Assembly: GCA_963664875.1 (NCBI GenBank)
Contig: OY761611.1
Location: forward strand, 3,712,001 to 3,776,000
Direction of reading: 5' to 3'
Length of the DNA: 64,000 bases
Source of the DNA: Candidatus Kapaibacterium sp.
GTDB taxonomy: Bacteria; Bacteroidota; Ignavibacteria; Kapaibacteriales; UBA2268
This document shows, piece after piece, positions 18,879 through 29,282 of this stretch (the first letter of the stretch is position 1; the number at the start of each line of letters is the position of its first letter). Below the pieces are notes generated by a model. It ran no database searches. It had not been told where the DNA came from and was given only the letters and a program-made list of their open reading frames with translations. The translations under genes were made by a program, and so were the position numbers.

Positions 18879-21521
18879 TTACTTACTTTTTTTGGCTTCT
18901 ATATGCAAATCCGAAAGAAGCTGCAAAGCCTGAATCGGAGTAATATTTTCAATTTTGATTTCTGAGAGTCGTTCACGAAGTTCATCGTCTCTAAACTCAA
19001 ATATTGCCAGTTGGTCTGTTTGATGTTTCTGTTTTTTCGATTTTACCTTACTCATGTCAGGTTTCGCTTTTGCTCCCGAACCGTCTTCGTTGCCATTTTC
19101 CAGTATTTCAAGTATCTCTTCGGCTCGGGTTATCACATCGTAAGGCATACCTGCCATTTTCGCAACAAATATACCAAAACTATGGTCTGTAGCTCCTTTG
19201 ACTACATTGTGCGAAAAGATTACAGTGTGCCCTGCTTCGATTACTTCTACACTATAATTTACAATTTTTGAATAGCGGGTAGCTAAATCATTTAGTTCGT
19301 GGTAGTGTGTAGCAAAAAGCGTTTTTGCACATATCTTATTATGAATATACTCCGCAATAGACCATGCTATAGAAATGCCGTCAAATGTAGCAGTGCCTCG
19401 TCCAACCTCGTCCAGCAAAATTAAGGAGCGTTCGGTCGCATTGTTCATGATATTAGCAGCTTCCTGCATCTCCACAAGGAAAGTACTTTCTCCGGCTGTG
19501 ATATTATCTTGAGCACCGACTCTTGTAAATATTCTGTCAACAAGACCAAATTCTGCACTTTCAGCAGGTACAAAGCAGCCTATCTGACCCATCAGCACAA
19601 TAAGTGCTGTTTGCCTTAGGTAACTTGATTTACCTGACATATTAGGCCCGGTGATAATATGAATAAGCTCCTCAGTGTTATTCATTGTGGTGTTGTTTGC
19701 TGTGTAAGTTTCGCCAATAGGAAGAAGTTTTTCAACGACCGGGTGGCGACCTTTGACAATATTCAAATCTGTGCTTTCATTTATAAGCGGCTTAACATAG
19801 TTGTTTTCGACAGAAACCTGTGCGTAACTTTGCAGGCAATCTATTGAAGCTAAAAGCTGAGCATTTTTTTGTATGGTTTCAGTATAAATAGCAACTTTAG
19901 CTCGAAGCTCTGCAAAGAGTGTTGTTTCAATCAGACCTATTTTTTCTTCGGCATTAAGTATTTTTTCTTCTATATCTTTAAGCTCGGCAGTCATGTATCT
20001 TTCTGAATTGGTCAAAGTCTGCTTGCGTTGGTAGTGTTCCGGTACTTTATTGCTGTGAATTCTTGTGATATCAATATAATAACCAAAGACATTGTTAAAA
20101 CCGACTTTCAGAGAATTGATACCTGTGGCACTGCGTTCTCTTTCCTGATATTCATTTATCCAGTTTTTACCCTGAAATTTTGCTTCTGTGTAGGAATCCA
20201 GTTCCTGATTGTAATTTCTGCGAAAAACATTTCCTGAGCCAAGATTTATTGACGGCTCATCTAAAAGGGCGTTTTCTATATCCTCGCATATTGTCCGCAG
20301 TTCGTCTAATTGAGACGAAACCGAAGCCAGTGCAATTGAATTTACACCTGTCAGTATTTCCTTAATAATAGGAATCTTATCTAAACTGTTTTTGATGTTG
20401 ACGATGTCGCGAGGGTTAGCTCTGCCTGTTGCAACTTTTGTGACTAATCGTTCTAAATCGCTAATAGCATTGAGGTGTAAACGCAGGAATTCTCTTTTGT
20501 CGTTGTGTAGATATAAAGATTCTACAGCATCTAAGCGTTTCTGTATTGCCTGAAGAGAGTTTAACGGAGAACTTATCCATTTTTTGAGTAATCTGCCGCC
20601 CATAGGTGTGCAGGTTTTATCCAAAATCGAGATAAGAGTTCCACCGTTTTTGATGTCACTATTTGAAAATAATATTTCCAGATTTTTTCTTGTCGAATAG
20701 TCGAGCATCATAAAATCGGATGTGTTATAAAGCGACAGATTTTTAATCTGCGAAATGCCTGACTGCTGCGTATCTTTTATGTAATAAATAGTAGCGCCTG
20801 CAGCTGTAACTGCTAACTCGAGCTCTTCAACACCAAATCCCTTTAGATTTTGAGTCTCAAAATGTTTTAGAAGAGTGTCTTTTGCAAACTCATGTTCAAA
20901 AATCCAATCTTCGAGTGATGTGATTGCGGGCTCCGATGATAGAGACTGTATTAGCTCGGCAAGTTCTTTCTTCTGAGGTTTTGCCAAGATTATTTCTGCA
21001 GGAGCTATTCCTTCGAGAAATTCTTTTATGTTGGATTGGCTGAGTTCCGTGCAGTAAAATTCACCGGTGGAAGCATCCGCCAAAGCAATACCAAACCGTT
21101 TGCTTCCTCCTTTTTCAAATTTAAAATAGAGGGTAGCGACAAAGGTGTTTGACTTAGCTTCGAGGAGTTTGTCATAGAGTGCAATTCCGGGAGTTACTAC
21201 TTCTGTAACGCCTCTTTTGACAATGCCTTTAGCAAGTTTAGGGTCTTCTAACTGCTCACAAACTGCAACCCGATATCCGGCTTTCACTAATTTGGGTAAG
21301 TAAGTGTCTAACTGGTGGTGAGGGAATCCTGCGAGAGGCATATCTCCTGCAGCACCGTTATTTCTTTTTGTCAAAGTAATCCCGCAAGCCTGCGAAGTTT
21401 TGACAGCGTCGTCCTGAAAAGTTTCGTAAAAATCTCCTAAGCGAAAGAGTAGTATAGTGTCTTCGTACTTCTGTTTGATTTGGTTGTACTGTCTCATCAA
21501 AGGAGTTTCTTTGCTTTTCAT
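18879..21521 (-). CDS. mutS: DNA mismatch repair protein MutS
   Basis: TPLMRQY, FRLGDFYE, TGPNMSGKS, ESTFLVEM, DEVGRGT, FATHYHEL. Confidence 0.98.
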   Translation of the reverse strand: MKSKETPLMRQYNQIKQKYEDTILLFRLGDFYETFQDDAVKTSQACGITLTKRNNGAAGDMPLAGFPHHQLDTYLPKLVKAGYRVAVCEQLEDPKLAKGIVKRGVTEVVTPGIALYDKLLEAKSNTFVATLYFKFEKGGSKRFGIALADASTGEFYCTELSQSNIKEFLEGIAPAEIILAKPQKKELAELIQSLSSEPAITSLEDWIFEHEFAKDTLLKHFETQNLKGFGVEELELAVTAAGATIYYIKDTQQSGISQIKNLSLYNTSDFMMLDYSTRKNLEILFSNSDIKNGGTLISILDKTCTPMGGRLLKKWISSPLNSLQAIQKRLDAVESLYLHNDKREFLRLHLNAISDLERLVTKVATGRANPRDIVNIKNSLDKIPIIKEILTGVNSIALASVSSQLDELRTICEDIENALLDEPSINLGSGNVFRRNYNQELDSYTEAKFQGKNWINEYQERERSATGINSLKVGFNNVFGYYIDITRIHSNKVPEHYQRKQTLTNSERYMTAELKDIEEKILNAEEKIGLIETTLFAELRAKVAIYTETIQKNAQLLASIDCLQSYAQVSVENNYVKPLINESTDLNIVKGRHPVVEKLLPIGETYTANNTTMNNTEELIHIITGPNMSGKSSYLRQTALIVLMGQIGCFVPAESAEFGLVDRIFTRVGAQDNITAGESTFLVEMQEAANIMNNATERSLILLDEVGRGTATFDGISIAWSIAEYIHNKICAKTLFATHYHELNDLATRYSKIVNYSVEVIEAGHTVIFSHNVVKGATDHSFGIFVAKMAGMPYDVITRAEEILEILENGNEDGSGAKAKPDMSKVKSKKQKHQTDQLAIFEFRDDELRERLSEIKIENITPIQALQLLSDLHIEAKKSK

Positions 21522-22232
21522 CTATTTTTTTCCTTTTTTCTTTTTATCAACTTTTGGTATTGGAGTGCCGTACATATAACTCATGATTTTATTAGCACGT
21601 CTGTTTATGTAATTTGTTGGTCTCGCCGGATTCCAACGATTAGGATTGGGGAGTACAACAGCCAATAGAGCAGCTTCACGCTTAGTAAGTTTTTTTGCAC
21701 TTTTTTTGAAGTACTTGCGGGCAGCAGCCTCAGCACCATAAACTTCGTTGCCCCATTCGACAACATTGACATAAACTTCTAAAATTCTTTTTTTACCCCA
21801 TATAAATTCTATCAGATAAGTGAAGTAGGCTTCCAGCCCTTTTCTGACATAATTTCTTCCATGCCATAAGAACGTATTTTTGGCAGTTTGCATTGTAACG
21901 GTAGATGCTCCGTGGAGTCTTTTGCCTTTGTGACTGGCATTGTATCTTTTTGCTGCTTCGACAGCTTTCCAGTCTATACCGCCATGACGGACAAACCTCT
22001 GGTCTTCGGCTGCAAGAATGGCATGATAAAGATTAGTCGATATTTCTTCGTAATCTTTCCATTCTTTTTGGATACCATCTTTACTTTTTTCACGTTCGAA
22101 ATCCAATTTCCTAAGAATCATCAAAGGAGTAAAAGGAGGATCGATAAATTTATAAGCGACAACCCACAGGATTGTAAACAAAAAGAATCCGCCTATAGAA
22201 TAAAGCAGATACTTAAAGAACTTTTTTAGCAT
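21522..22232 (-). CDS. mtgA: Monofunctional biosynthetic peptidoglycan transglycosylase
   Basis: AAEDQRF..H.G.D, GASTVTMQTAKN, RKGLE, KKRILEVYVN. Confidence 0.95.
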   Translation of the reverse strand: MLKKFFKYLLYSIGGFFLFTILWVVAYKFIDPPFTPLMILRKLDFEREKSKDGIQKEWKDYEEISTNLYHAILAAEDQRFVRHGGIDWKAVEAAKRYNASHKGKRLHGASTVTMQTAKNTFLWHGRNYVRKGLEAYFTYLIEFIWGKKRILEVYVNVVEWGNEVYGAEAAARKYFKKSAKKLTKREAALLAVVLPNPNRWNPARPTNYINRRANKIMSYMYGTPIPKVDKKKKGKK

Positions 22233-22308
22233 ATTTGTGTATCTAAATTATTAGATTGATTTTTGCAATTTCTGCAAAATACAAAGAAGAAATGAAATAG
22301 GTAAAGAA

Positions 22309-22671
22309 ATGAATACAAAAATTATAGCTCTTTTTTTATTTTTATTTGCTCTTACTTTGAGCTCCTGTAAGGACTGTAAATTCGAATCTATAAAGACCGA
22401 TACATTGCCTAATGCTCTCTATGGAAAACAATATGAAACAACCATAGAGTACGATTGCAACTGTACGGTTACCCATCGGGAAGCCAATTTAGAATCCGGC
22501 AGTTTACCACCCGGATTGGAACTTGATGTTACCGGCAAAATAAAAGGAAAACCCACCCGAACAGGTTCATTTAACTTCACAATTTCTATGAAAATATGCT
22601 TTCAGCTCGATGGAGCGATGCCTTATGATTGCTATTTTAAAGAGAAAACTTTTAGCATATTGGTGTTGTAG
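22309..22671 (+). CDS. Lipoprotein with putative Ig (He_PIG-like) domain
   Basis: Lipobox LSSC; TLPNA..G..Y, GSLPPGL.L...G.I.G.PT..G.FNFTI. Confidence 0.75.
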   Translation: MNTKIIALFLFLFALTLSSCKDCKFESIKTDTLPNALYGKQYETTIEYDCNCTVTHREANLESGSLPPGLELDVTGKIKGKPTRTGSFNFTISMKICFQLDGAMPYDCYFKEKTFSILVL

Positions 22672-22861
22672 TGTTTAATAGTGTAGTTTAGCCTAAGTCA
22701 ATTAGCTGTTTAATAGTAGTGGTTTATAGTAATTCTGCAAATTACAAAACTATTATATTTAACATTTGCTTATTATTGTTTACATAAAATACACCTTATC
22801 TGCGTCAAAAAAAGTGTTTCAAAAAATTAAATATTCCCATTAACACACACACGGAGCAACA

Positions 22862-24238
22862 ATGGATGCAGAAATACTCGCCAGGATACAGTTTGCATTT
22901 ACAGCAGGCTTCCATTTCCTGTTTCCCCCTTTAAGCATCGGTCTTGGTATTATTCTTATTATTATGGAAACTATATACATAAAAACAGATAATATCAAAT
23001 ACAAAAATATGACTAAGTTTTGGGTAAAAGTTTTTGCCTTGACTTTCGCCCTTGGTGTAGCTACTGGTATTGTACTCGAATTTGAATTTGGCACTAACTG
23101 GGCAAAATATTCCAGATATGTAGGCGATGTCTTTGGCAGTGCTTTGGCTGCAGAAGGCATATTCGCGTTCTTTTTAGAGTCGGGTTTTCTTGCTATTCTG
23201 GTTTTTGGCTGGGATAAAGTAAGCAAACGAGTTCACTATCTTGCAACGATTTTGGTAGCTCTCGGTGCACATCTAAGTGCGGTGTGGATTCTTGTTGCTA
23301 ACTCATGGCAGCAGACTCCGGTGGGGCATCATATAGTCAACGGCAGAGCCGAAATTGTAGATTTTTGGCAGCTTGTATTCAATCCTTCGACAATAGACAG
23401 GCTTACTCACACAATATTTGCATCTTGGATAACAGGAGCATTTCTTGTTTTGAGTATTGCAGCTTATTATCTAATCAAAAAAAGACATATTGATTTTTCT
23501 ATTTTATCTATTAAGATAGGCCTTTCTGTTGCTATTGTAGCTTCTTTGCTTCAGTTGGTAACGGGGCATTCAAGTGCTCAGACTGTGGCAGAATATCAGC
23601 CGGCTAAGCTTGCAGCTATGGAAGCCCAATACGAAACAGGTGTAGGTGATTTATATTTAGTCGGATGGGTAGATCAGGAATCGCAAGAGGTATATGGTAT
23701 CAAGATACCGGGTATGCTTAGCTATTTGATTTATGGAGATACAAAGACTCACGTTATGGGCTTGAACGACATACCGGAAGACGAAAGACCTACAAAAGTA
23801 AATATAGTATTTCAGGCTTATCACCTGATGGTAGGGATTGGAATGACTCTTATCGCTATTAGCTTATTGGGTGGATTCTTTTGGTGGCGAGGCGAACTTG
23901 CCGAAAAGAGATGGTATCTCTATATTTTACTGGGAGCCGTGTTACTTCCTCAATTTGCCAATCAGCTCGGTTGGATGACTGCCGAAATAGGCAGACAACC
24001 TTGGATAGTTTACGGGTTGCTTAAAACAAGCGATGGACTTTCGACATCAGTAGATCCGGGGCAGATACTTTTCTCGCTCATTATGTTTATAGTTATTTAT
24101 GCCTTGTTGTTTGTTTTGTTTATCTTTCTGTTAGACAGAAAAATCAAACACGGACCGGAAGGTGTAGATTATAGTGATCACCTTTATGCCAAATCAGGCT
24201 CACTGTTTGCAGACCACAAAATAGAGGAGGCTAAGTAA
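22862..24238 (+). CDS. cydA: Cytochrome bd ubiquinol oxidase subunit I
   Basis: ARIQFAFT..FHFLF, GVATGI..EFEFGTNW, FFLES, QPAKLAAME, GW..AEIGRQPW. Confidence 0.97.
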   Translation: MDAEILARIQFAFTAGFHFLFPPLSIGLGIILIIMETIYIKTDNIKYKNMTKFWVKVFALTFALGVATGIVLEFEFGTNWAKYSRYVGDVFGSALAAEGIFAFFLESGFLAILVFGWDKVSKRVHYLATILVALGAHLSAVWILVANSWQQTPVGHHIVNGRAEIVDFWQLVFNPSTIDRLTHTIFASWITGAFLVLSIAAYYLIKKRHIDFSILSIKIGLSVAIVASLLQLVTGHSSAQTVAEYQPAKLAAMEAQYETGVGDLYLVGWVDQESQEVYGIKIPGMLSYLIYGDTKTHVMGLNDIPEDERPTKVNIVFQAYHLMVGIGMTLIAISLLGGFFWWRGELAEKRWYLYILLGAVLLPQFANQLGWMTAEIGRQPWIVYGLLKTSDGLSTSVDPGQILFSLIMFIVIYALLFVLFIFLLDRKIKHGPEGVDYSDHLYAKSGSLFADHKIEEAK

Positions 24239-25263
24239 TGGAATTTTTAGATTTGAATACTATATGGTTTATCCTTATTGGTGTGCTTTTCGCAGGATAT
24301 GCTATTTTGGACGGTTTTGATCTAGGGGTCGGAGCTTTGCACCTTTTTGTTAAAGACGATATGGACAGAAGAATAATGATAAATTCTATCGGTCCTGTTT
24401 GGGATGGCAACGAAGTATGGCTTGTTACAGGTGGTGGTGCATTATTTGCAGCGTTTCCGAATGTATATGCAGGTGTATTTTCAGGTTTATATAATGCTCT
24501 TATGCTTTTATTAGCCGTGCTGATTTTTAGAGCTGTGGCAATTGAATTTAGAAGCAAAAAAGAATCGACTCGCTGGAGAAGAAGCTGGGATACTGCATTC
24601 TCTGTATCTTCGATATTCATCGCATTGCTAATGGGCGTAGCTCTTGGCAATGTTATACAAGGTTTGCCTGTAGATCCTGCAGGGGATATAAAAATATCGC
24701 TTATCAGCCTTCTCAATCCTTACGCATTGTTGGTCGGCATTACAACTGTAGCTTTGTTTGCGATGCACGGTTCAATTTACGCATATATGAAAACAGAAGG
24801 TGCATTGCAACAGCAGCTGAAAGGGATGATAAATCCTTTGATTATCGCTTTTGTTATTCTTTATGTGCTGACTACTATGACAACAATAATGTATTTGCCA
24901 CACATGACAGATAATTTGAAAGAATATCCGGCATTTTTTATTATTGCATTGCTTAATGCTTTAGCAATAGCTAACATACCTCGCGAGATACATCGTAATA
25001 AACCATTTATGGCGTTTTTCTCTTCGAGTGCAAGCATTTTTGCTTTGATTGCATTGTTTGCAGTAGGTATTTTCCCGAATATCATTATTTCCACGCTCGA
25101 CCCTGCAAGCAGCATGACAATCTATACGGCTGCCTCATCTCAAAAAACATTATCTATAATGTTTACTATGGCTCTTATCGGTGTGCCTTTTGTGATAGCT
25201 TACACTGTAGGTATTTACTGGGTATTCCGTGGAAAAGTTAAAATTGATTCTATGAGCTATTAG
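24238..25263 (+). CDS. cydB: Cytochrome bd ubiquinol oxidase subunit II
   Basis: LDGFDLGVG, IGPVWDGNEVWL, FAAFP; TAATG overlap with cydA. Confidence 0.97.
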   Translation: MEFLDLNTIWFILIGVLFAGYAILDGFDLGVGALHLFVKDDMDRRIMINSIGPVWDGNEVWLVTGGGALFAAFPNVYAGVFSGLYNALMLLLAVLIFRAVAIEFRSKKESTRWRRSWDTAFSVSSIFIALLMGVALGNVIQGLPVDPAGDIKISLISLLNPYALLVGITTVALFAMHGSIYAYMKTEGALQQQLKGMINPLIIAFVILYVLTTMTTIMYLPHMTDNLKEYPAFFIIALLNALAIANIPREIHRNKPFMAFFSSSASIFALIALFAVGIFPNIIISTLDPASSMTIYTAASSQKTLSIMFTMALIGVPFVIAYTVGIYWVFRGKVKIDSMSY

Positions 25264-25321
25264 TTCGGAGAAGTTTTAAGCAAGAAGCACATACAAGCCT
25301 GTGCTTAATGATAAATATCGA

Positions 25322-25370
25322 CGGGAGCGAATAAACTCAGTAATGAAGCGATTCACTCCCGTATTTTTTT
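25322..25370 (+). terminator. Intrinsic terminator after cydAB
   Basis: CGGGAGCGAAT...ATTCACTCCCG plus T run. Confidence 0.65.
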
Positions 25371-25507
25371 AGTAGAAACTTATCCGTTTTCAGTGCAATC
25401 GGCTAATTATTTTGGTAAAAAATGCGTGTAAGAGTTTTTTTCCCTTGCTTGCATTATCTTTTTTTTTAACTTAGCAACATATTTGTTACAAAAATCAGAT
25501 TTTCGAT

Positions 25508-26662
25508 ATGATAGATAATGATAAACCATTGTGTCCTTTTTGCGAATCCGATACTGTCATCAAACACGGAAAAACCCTAACCGGCAATCCTCGTTTTAGA
25601 TGCAGAACCTGCAAGAAAACATGGGTTATCGAAAAAGCGGAAAATTTCAGACCTGAAATGAATGATATTGCCGAGGCATATCTTAATGGAATGACTTTTC
25701 GCGAGCTTGTCGATGTCTATCATAGCTCGCCACTTAGAATAAATCAAAAAATACGCACATTTTTGCAGGAATGTCCAAAATGGAGCAATTATCTTGACTC
25801 CATAGTCAAACCCGGTGTGGTGAAGGTTGTAGCTGTTTTCGGTAAATCTTTTGCTTGTGCCAGCAAAGATTCTGATAGCAATTCGATGTTTGTTGCTTTT
25901 GCCATAGATGTATTGTCAGGAGTAGTTATCTCTCATGCAGTTGGGAGCAATGATAACGCTGAAGTATGGGAAGAGCTTTTGAAAGATATAAAAAGCAGAA
26001 AATTTACAGTAGAATCTTTTCTTTCAAACGGTACAATGAAAATTACGAAAGCAATTTCAGAGATATTCCCAAAATCAGCAATAAAAATCAATTACGAAAA
26101 GGTTTACCGAGAAAATGAAATAGGCTGCTGCCTAAGTAAAATTCCACAGAGCAATAAACTTTTAGATGATGCCAAGGGAGTATTGGAAAGTATCGAAAAT
26201 CAAAACCTTAATCAATTGGTCGAAGCAAAATTCGGCAAGAATATAATTGAAGTTTTAGAGCTATTGAATGATGATTTTATCAATAGGCTCAAAGATAAAT
26301 TTGATGAAAAGGTCAATCCGAAACACGATAGTTTTACGGTAGCTTTCCGCAAAAGGTTCGAGAAATTTCATATGATAAAAGAAGATCCTCGCCCGCTGGT
26401 CAATGGATGGATTGCACTTTCGATGATGAAACGCCTGACAAACGGATTCAGTCGTCTTGCTTTATATGCACAAAGACCTTATGCAACAAGTTTTTCTCAT
26501 TTTGCAGATAATACCCAGCCCGTGTTATTAAATTTGGACAAAGAAAGTCCTTTGCTCAAAAGCCTCATTGTCGAAATATCGGCTCGTGCATTGCAGCTGC
26601 CAATAGTATATTCGAGATGCGAGATGAAAATAGACAAATGCTCATATCTATCTTCAATTTAA
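25508..26662 (+). CDS. IS1-like transposase-derived protein (Zn ribbon + HTH + degenerate RNase H fold)
   Basis: CPFC.S..VIKHGK...G..RFRC..C InsA-like Zn finger; YLNGMTFREL HTH; AFAIDVLSG.VISH.VG..D and FLSNG resemble the InsB core without catalytic Asp. Confidence 0.7.
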   Translation: MIDNDKPLCPFCESDTVIKHGKTLTGNPRFRCRTCKKTWVIEKAENFRPEMNDIAEAYLNGMTFRELVDVYHSSPLRINQKIRTFLQECPKWSNYLDSIVKPGVVKVVAVFGKSFACASKDSDSNSMFVAFAIDVLSGVVISHAVGSNDNAEVWEELLKDIKSRKFTVESFLSNGTMKITKAISEIFPKSAIKINYEKVYRENEIGCCLSKIPQSNKLLDDAKGVLESIENQNLNQLVEAKFGKNIIEVLELLNDDFINRLKDKFDEKVNPKHDSFTVAFRKRFEKFHMIKEDPRPLVNGWIALSMMKRLTNGFSRLALYAQRPYATSFSHFADNTQPVLLNLDKESPLLKSLIVEISARALQLPIVYSRCEMKIDKCSYLSSI

Positions 26663-26670
26663 GCAAATTG

Positions 26671-28614
26671 CTATCTTATCACTGCAATCTTGATGTTTTT
26701 CTTTTTGCCTGCAGAGCTTTCAATGTTTAGGAAATATGCTCCCGGCACTAAGATTGTATTGAAATTCAAAAAGTGATTATAGCTCCGGTTAATAGTGTTT
26801 CCCGATAAAACTACCTGCCCTGCCGAATTAGAAAGGCTGTAAGCAATAGATGCCTTCTCTTTCATAGCGATGCTGATTTCTCCAATTACTCCTGCCTGAG
26901 CGGGATTAGCAAGATAAACCACTATATCTTCATTCGGATATAACTCTATACTGTCTCTTATTCCGGCGCTTTCTTCATAGTAAGAGCCGTTCGGAGTAGT
27001 TACTTTTTCCACAGCTGTAACTGTGTAATAAAATTTGCCGCTTAGCATTTTTTTTTCGAGATAATTGAGCTTGGTTAGTGGTTCTTTGTTTATTTTTATA
27101 CCTGTACTGTTTTCTGAATTGCTCTTATAAATATTATAGTACTCTGCATTTGGGCTGGGATTCCAGTTTATTTCCAATCCGTTTTCTCCTTTCAGCAAAG
27201 AAAGATCTGCAGGCATATCAATATGTCTGAGCTTCAGCGTGGGGTCACCGATAAGGTTGAGGTGCACTCCTTGTAAATAATTGTTATACCAATACTCGTA
27301 TAATGTTTTATTGTTTTGAGCAGCATATATTGCGTCTCCAATAGTATTGCCCAATCCGAGATTGTGTAAAGGTATTTGTGGCCTGTTGGCAAACCAGCTG
27401 CAAAGAATAGACGGTTTGGAAGCTATTGCAGCTCGAAGTAAATTATTTTGAGAGTCCCAATCGCATAGCCATGAACCAAAACAAGAAAGGAAGACAGCAT
27501 CGTAGTCTTGCTTTGCCATGTCAGCGGAGTAAAGAGTAAGAAGAATAGATTCGTAGCCGCCGGAACCACATGCATAAGCCATAGTATAATTGCCACTGCT
27601 CATGCTGTCGCGCATATTTTTTTGTGTGATATTATCTTCTCCAAACAGCGATGCAAATTGATTGTAAATTGTAGTAGCAGGAAATCCACCATAGCTAACA
27701 AATCCATCACTTATAAAAGCACTTGCCTGTGGCTTGTAAAGAGATGTTCTATATCTGATGTTTTTTTCGAAATATCTTTCAAATAATTCGGTTTCTGTTT
27801 CTGCAAAATCCGGAAGATTTCTAAAATCAATTCTCGCTATTATCAATTCACTTTTAGAGGGCAAATAGTAATTGTCAAATTTACCGTCACCCGGAAAATT
27901 ATGTTGTCGCGAAGCAGAGGCACTGTCTGCATCAATTATTTCATCACTCCAATCGCCATCCATCTCAGCAAACCAAATATCAGCAGGGTAGGCTCCAATA
28001 TGGTCATTGTGTCCGTCGGGAGAAAAATTCCCGGAATAGGGAATAGGGACATTACCTATTAAGAGTACGTAGCGGATAGTTGAATCTTTAGCTACAAATG
28101 ATTGGATAGTTTGTTTTATTTCTATATTCTTTTCTTTATCGAATTCGAGACTTGCAGGCATTGTTTGCTCATAAATATTTAAATGCCCGCTTAGCAACAA
28201 ATCTCTGTAAGTCTTATAATTATCGGGCAAATCGGTATTGTCGGCAATTAAAAGCAAAACAGATGTTCTTTCTTTTATTGGTAAATCGAAGCCTACTGAG
28301 ACATAGTTGTAAGTTGATATTTCAGTTTGGTAATTTTCAAACTTGTACTCGTAATGAACACCTTTTGCAATGGAGCTATCCGCAAATCCAACTGCATCAC
28401 CGCTTAGTATAGCAATTGGTTTCCCAAACGAAGAGTCAGTATATACTTTTTTGGAAACAATATATTTCAGGGAGTTTGTATCCTGAGCCCATTCAAAAAC
28501 AAAAGCGGGTGAAGAAGATGAATCTATAGAGAGCTTAATTGGAAAAATATGGTCTTCGTAAGATTCCGCACTTAGAAAGGCTACGGAAACAATAAGTAGT
28601 AAAATATATCTCAT
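26671..28614 (-). CDS. Secreted C25-peptidase-like protein with FN3-like domains and T9SS CTD
   Basis: Signal peptide; YVLLIGNVP, ADIWFAEMDG, ARID, LIGDPTL; W.PSPNAEYYNIYKS...YYTVTAV; C-terminal GAYFL.I. Confidence 0.7.
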   Translation of the reverse strand: MRYILLLIVSVAFLSAESYEDHIFPIKLSIDSSSSPAFVFEWAQDTNSLKYIVSKKVYTDSSFGKPIAILSGDAVGFADSSIAKGVHYEYKFENYQTEISTYNYVSVGFDLPIKERTSVLLLIADNTDLPDNYKTYRDLLLSGHLNIYEQTMPASLEFDKEKNIEIKQTIQSFVAKDSTIRYVLLIGNVPIPYSGNFSPDGHNDHIGAYPADIWFAEMDGDWSDEIIDADSASASRQHNFPGDGKFDNYYLPSKSELIIARIDFRNLPDFAETETELFERYFEKNIRYRTSLYKPQASAFISDGFVSYGGFPATTIYNQFASLFGEDNITQKNMRDSMSSGNYTMAYACGSGGYESILLTLYSADMAKQDYDAVFLSCFGSWLCDWDSQNNLLRAAIASKPSILCSWFANRPQIPLHNLGLGNTIGDAIYAAQNNKTLYEYWYNNYLQGVHLNLIGDPTLKLRHIDMPADLSLLKGENGLEINWNPSPNAEYYNIYKSNSENSTGIKINKEPLTKLNYLEKKMLSGKFYYTVTAVEKVTTPNGSYYEESAGIRDSIELYPNEDIVVYLANPAQAGVIGEISIAMKEKASIAYSLSNSAGQVVLSGNTINRSYNHFLNFNTILVPGAYFLNIESSAGKKKNIKIAVIR

Positions 28615-28709
28615 GTTATTGATTGTCCTGAAAATTGCAATATGTCCTTTTAGACAATAACACGAATAAAATACAATTATCCCTTCAAATTACAGAGATT
28701 TTTTTTGAA

Positions 28710-29282
28710 TCAGATAATTTCTATGTCCAGATGAGCTAAAAGCCCATGGAGATTGTAAGATGAAAATTTTGATTTTTTGATATTGTTATCAGCAGGATTG
28801 ATATTGAAATTAAAAGAAGAGGACAAATCGGCTTTGGATAGATTTGTCTGCGAAAAGACAGCACCCTGCAGATTGCAGTTGTCAAAATTAGATTTGCTAA
28901 GATTGGCAGATACAAAATCTACATCATTCATCTCGCAAGAAACAAAAGATGTGCCTTCTATTTCTAATTTATAAAATGAGGACAAGTTGAGTATGCAGTG
29001 GTTGAAACTAAAAGCTAATAAAAAATTATTTACAATCTGAAAGTTGATTCCAAGCATCTTGCAATACTCAAATGTAGTATCCTTCAAAGAAGTGTCATGT
29101 AGCTTTATCATGCTCAGGTTGCAATTCTGAAAAGAGCACTCCCTGAACTCGGTACCGGAGAAGTCCGAATTGGAAAAATTGCAGTCTTTAAAGACACAGC
29201 AGTCAAACTCATGATTTTTGAGATTGACTGCCTGCATATCTATACCTGAAAATTCTTTTTCTATATTGATTTTTTCAATCAT
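28710..29282 (-). CDS. Pentapeptide repeat protein
   Basis: Repeated (A/C/S)(D/N)(F/L)xx units such as CNFSN, SDFSG, ANLSK, ADLSS. Confidence 0.9.
   Translation of the reverse strand: MIEKINIEKEFSGIDMQAVNLKNHEFDCCVFKDCNFSNSDFSGTEFRECSFQNCNLSMIKLHDTSLKDTTFEYCKMLGINFQIVNNFLLAFSFNHCILNLSSFYKLEIEGTSFVSCEMNDVDFVSANLSKSNFDNCNLQGAVFSQTNLSKADLSSSFNFNINPADNNIKKSKFSSYNLHGLLAHLDIEII

Noticed and set aside
9220-24716. Many 60-160 aa ORFs antisense to or overlapping maeB, ftsY, porU, mutS, mtgA and cydAB
   Set aside because: Shadow ORFs of well-supported genes with no recognisable motifs
22862-25320. Missing cydX/cydS small subunit
   Set aside because: Short-Q-loop bd oxidases commonly occur without an adjacent small-subunit gene; not unusual
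25508-26662. Active IS1-family insertion sequence
   Set aside because: No visible terminal inverted repeats or target duplication, and catalytic Asp positions appear substituted; kept as a domestication candidate instead
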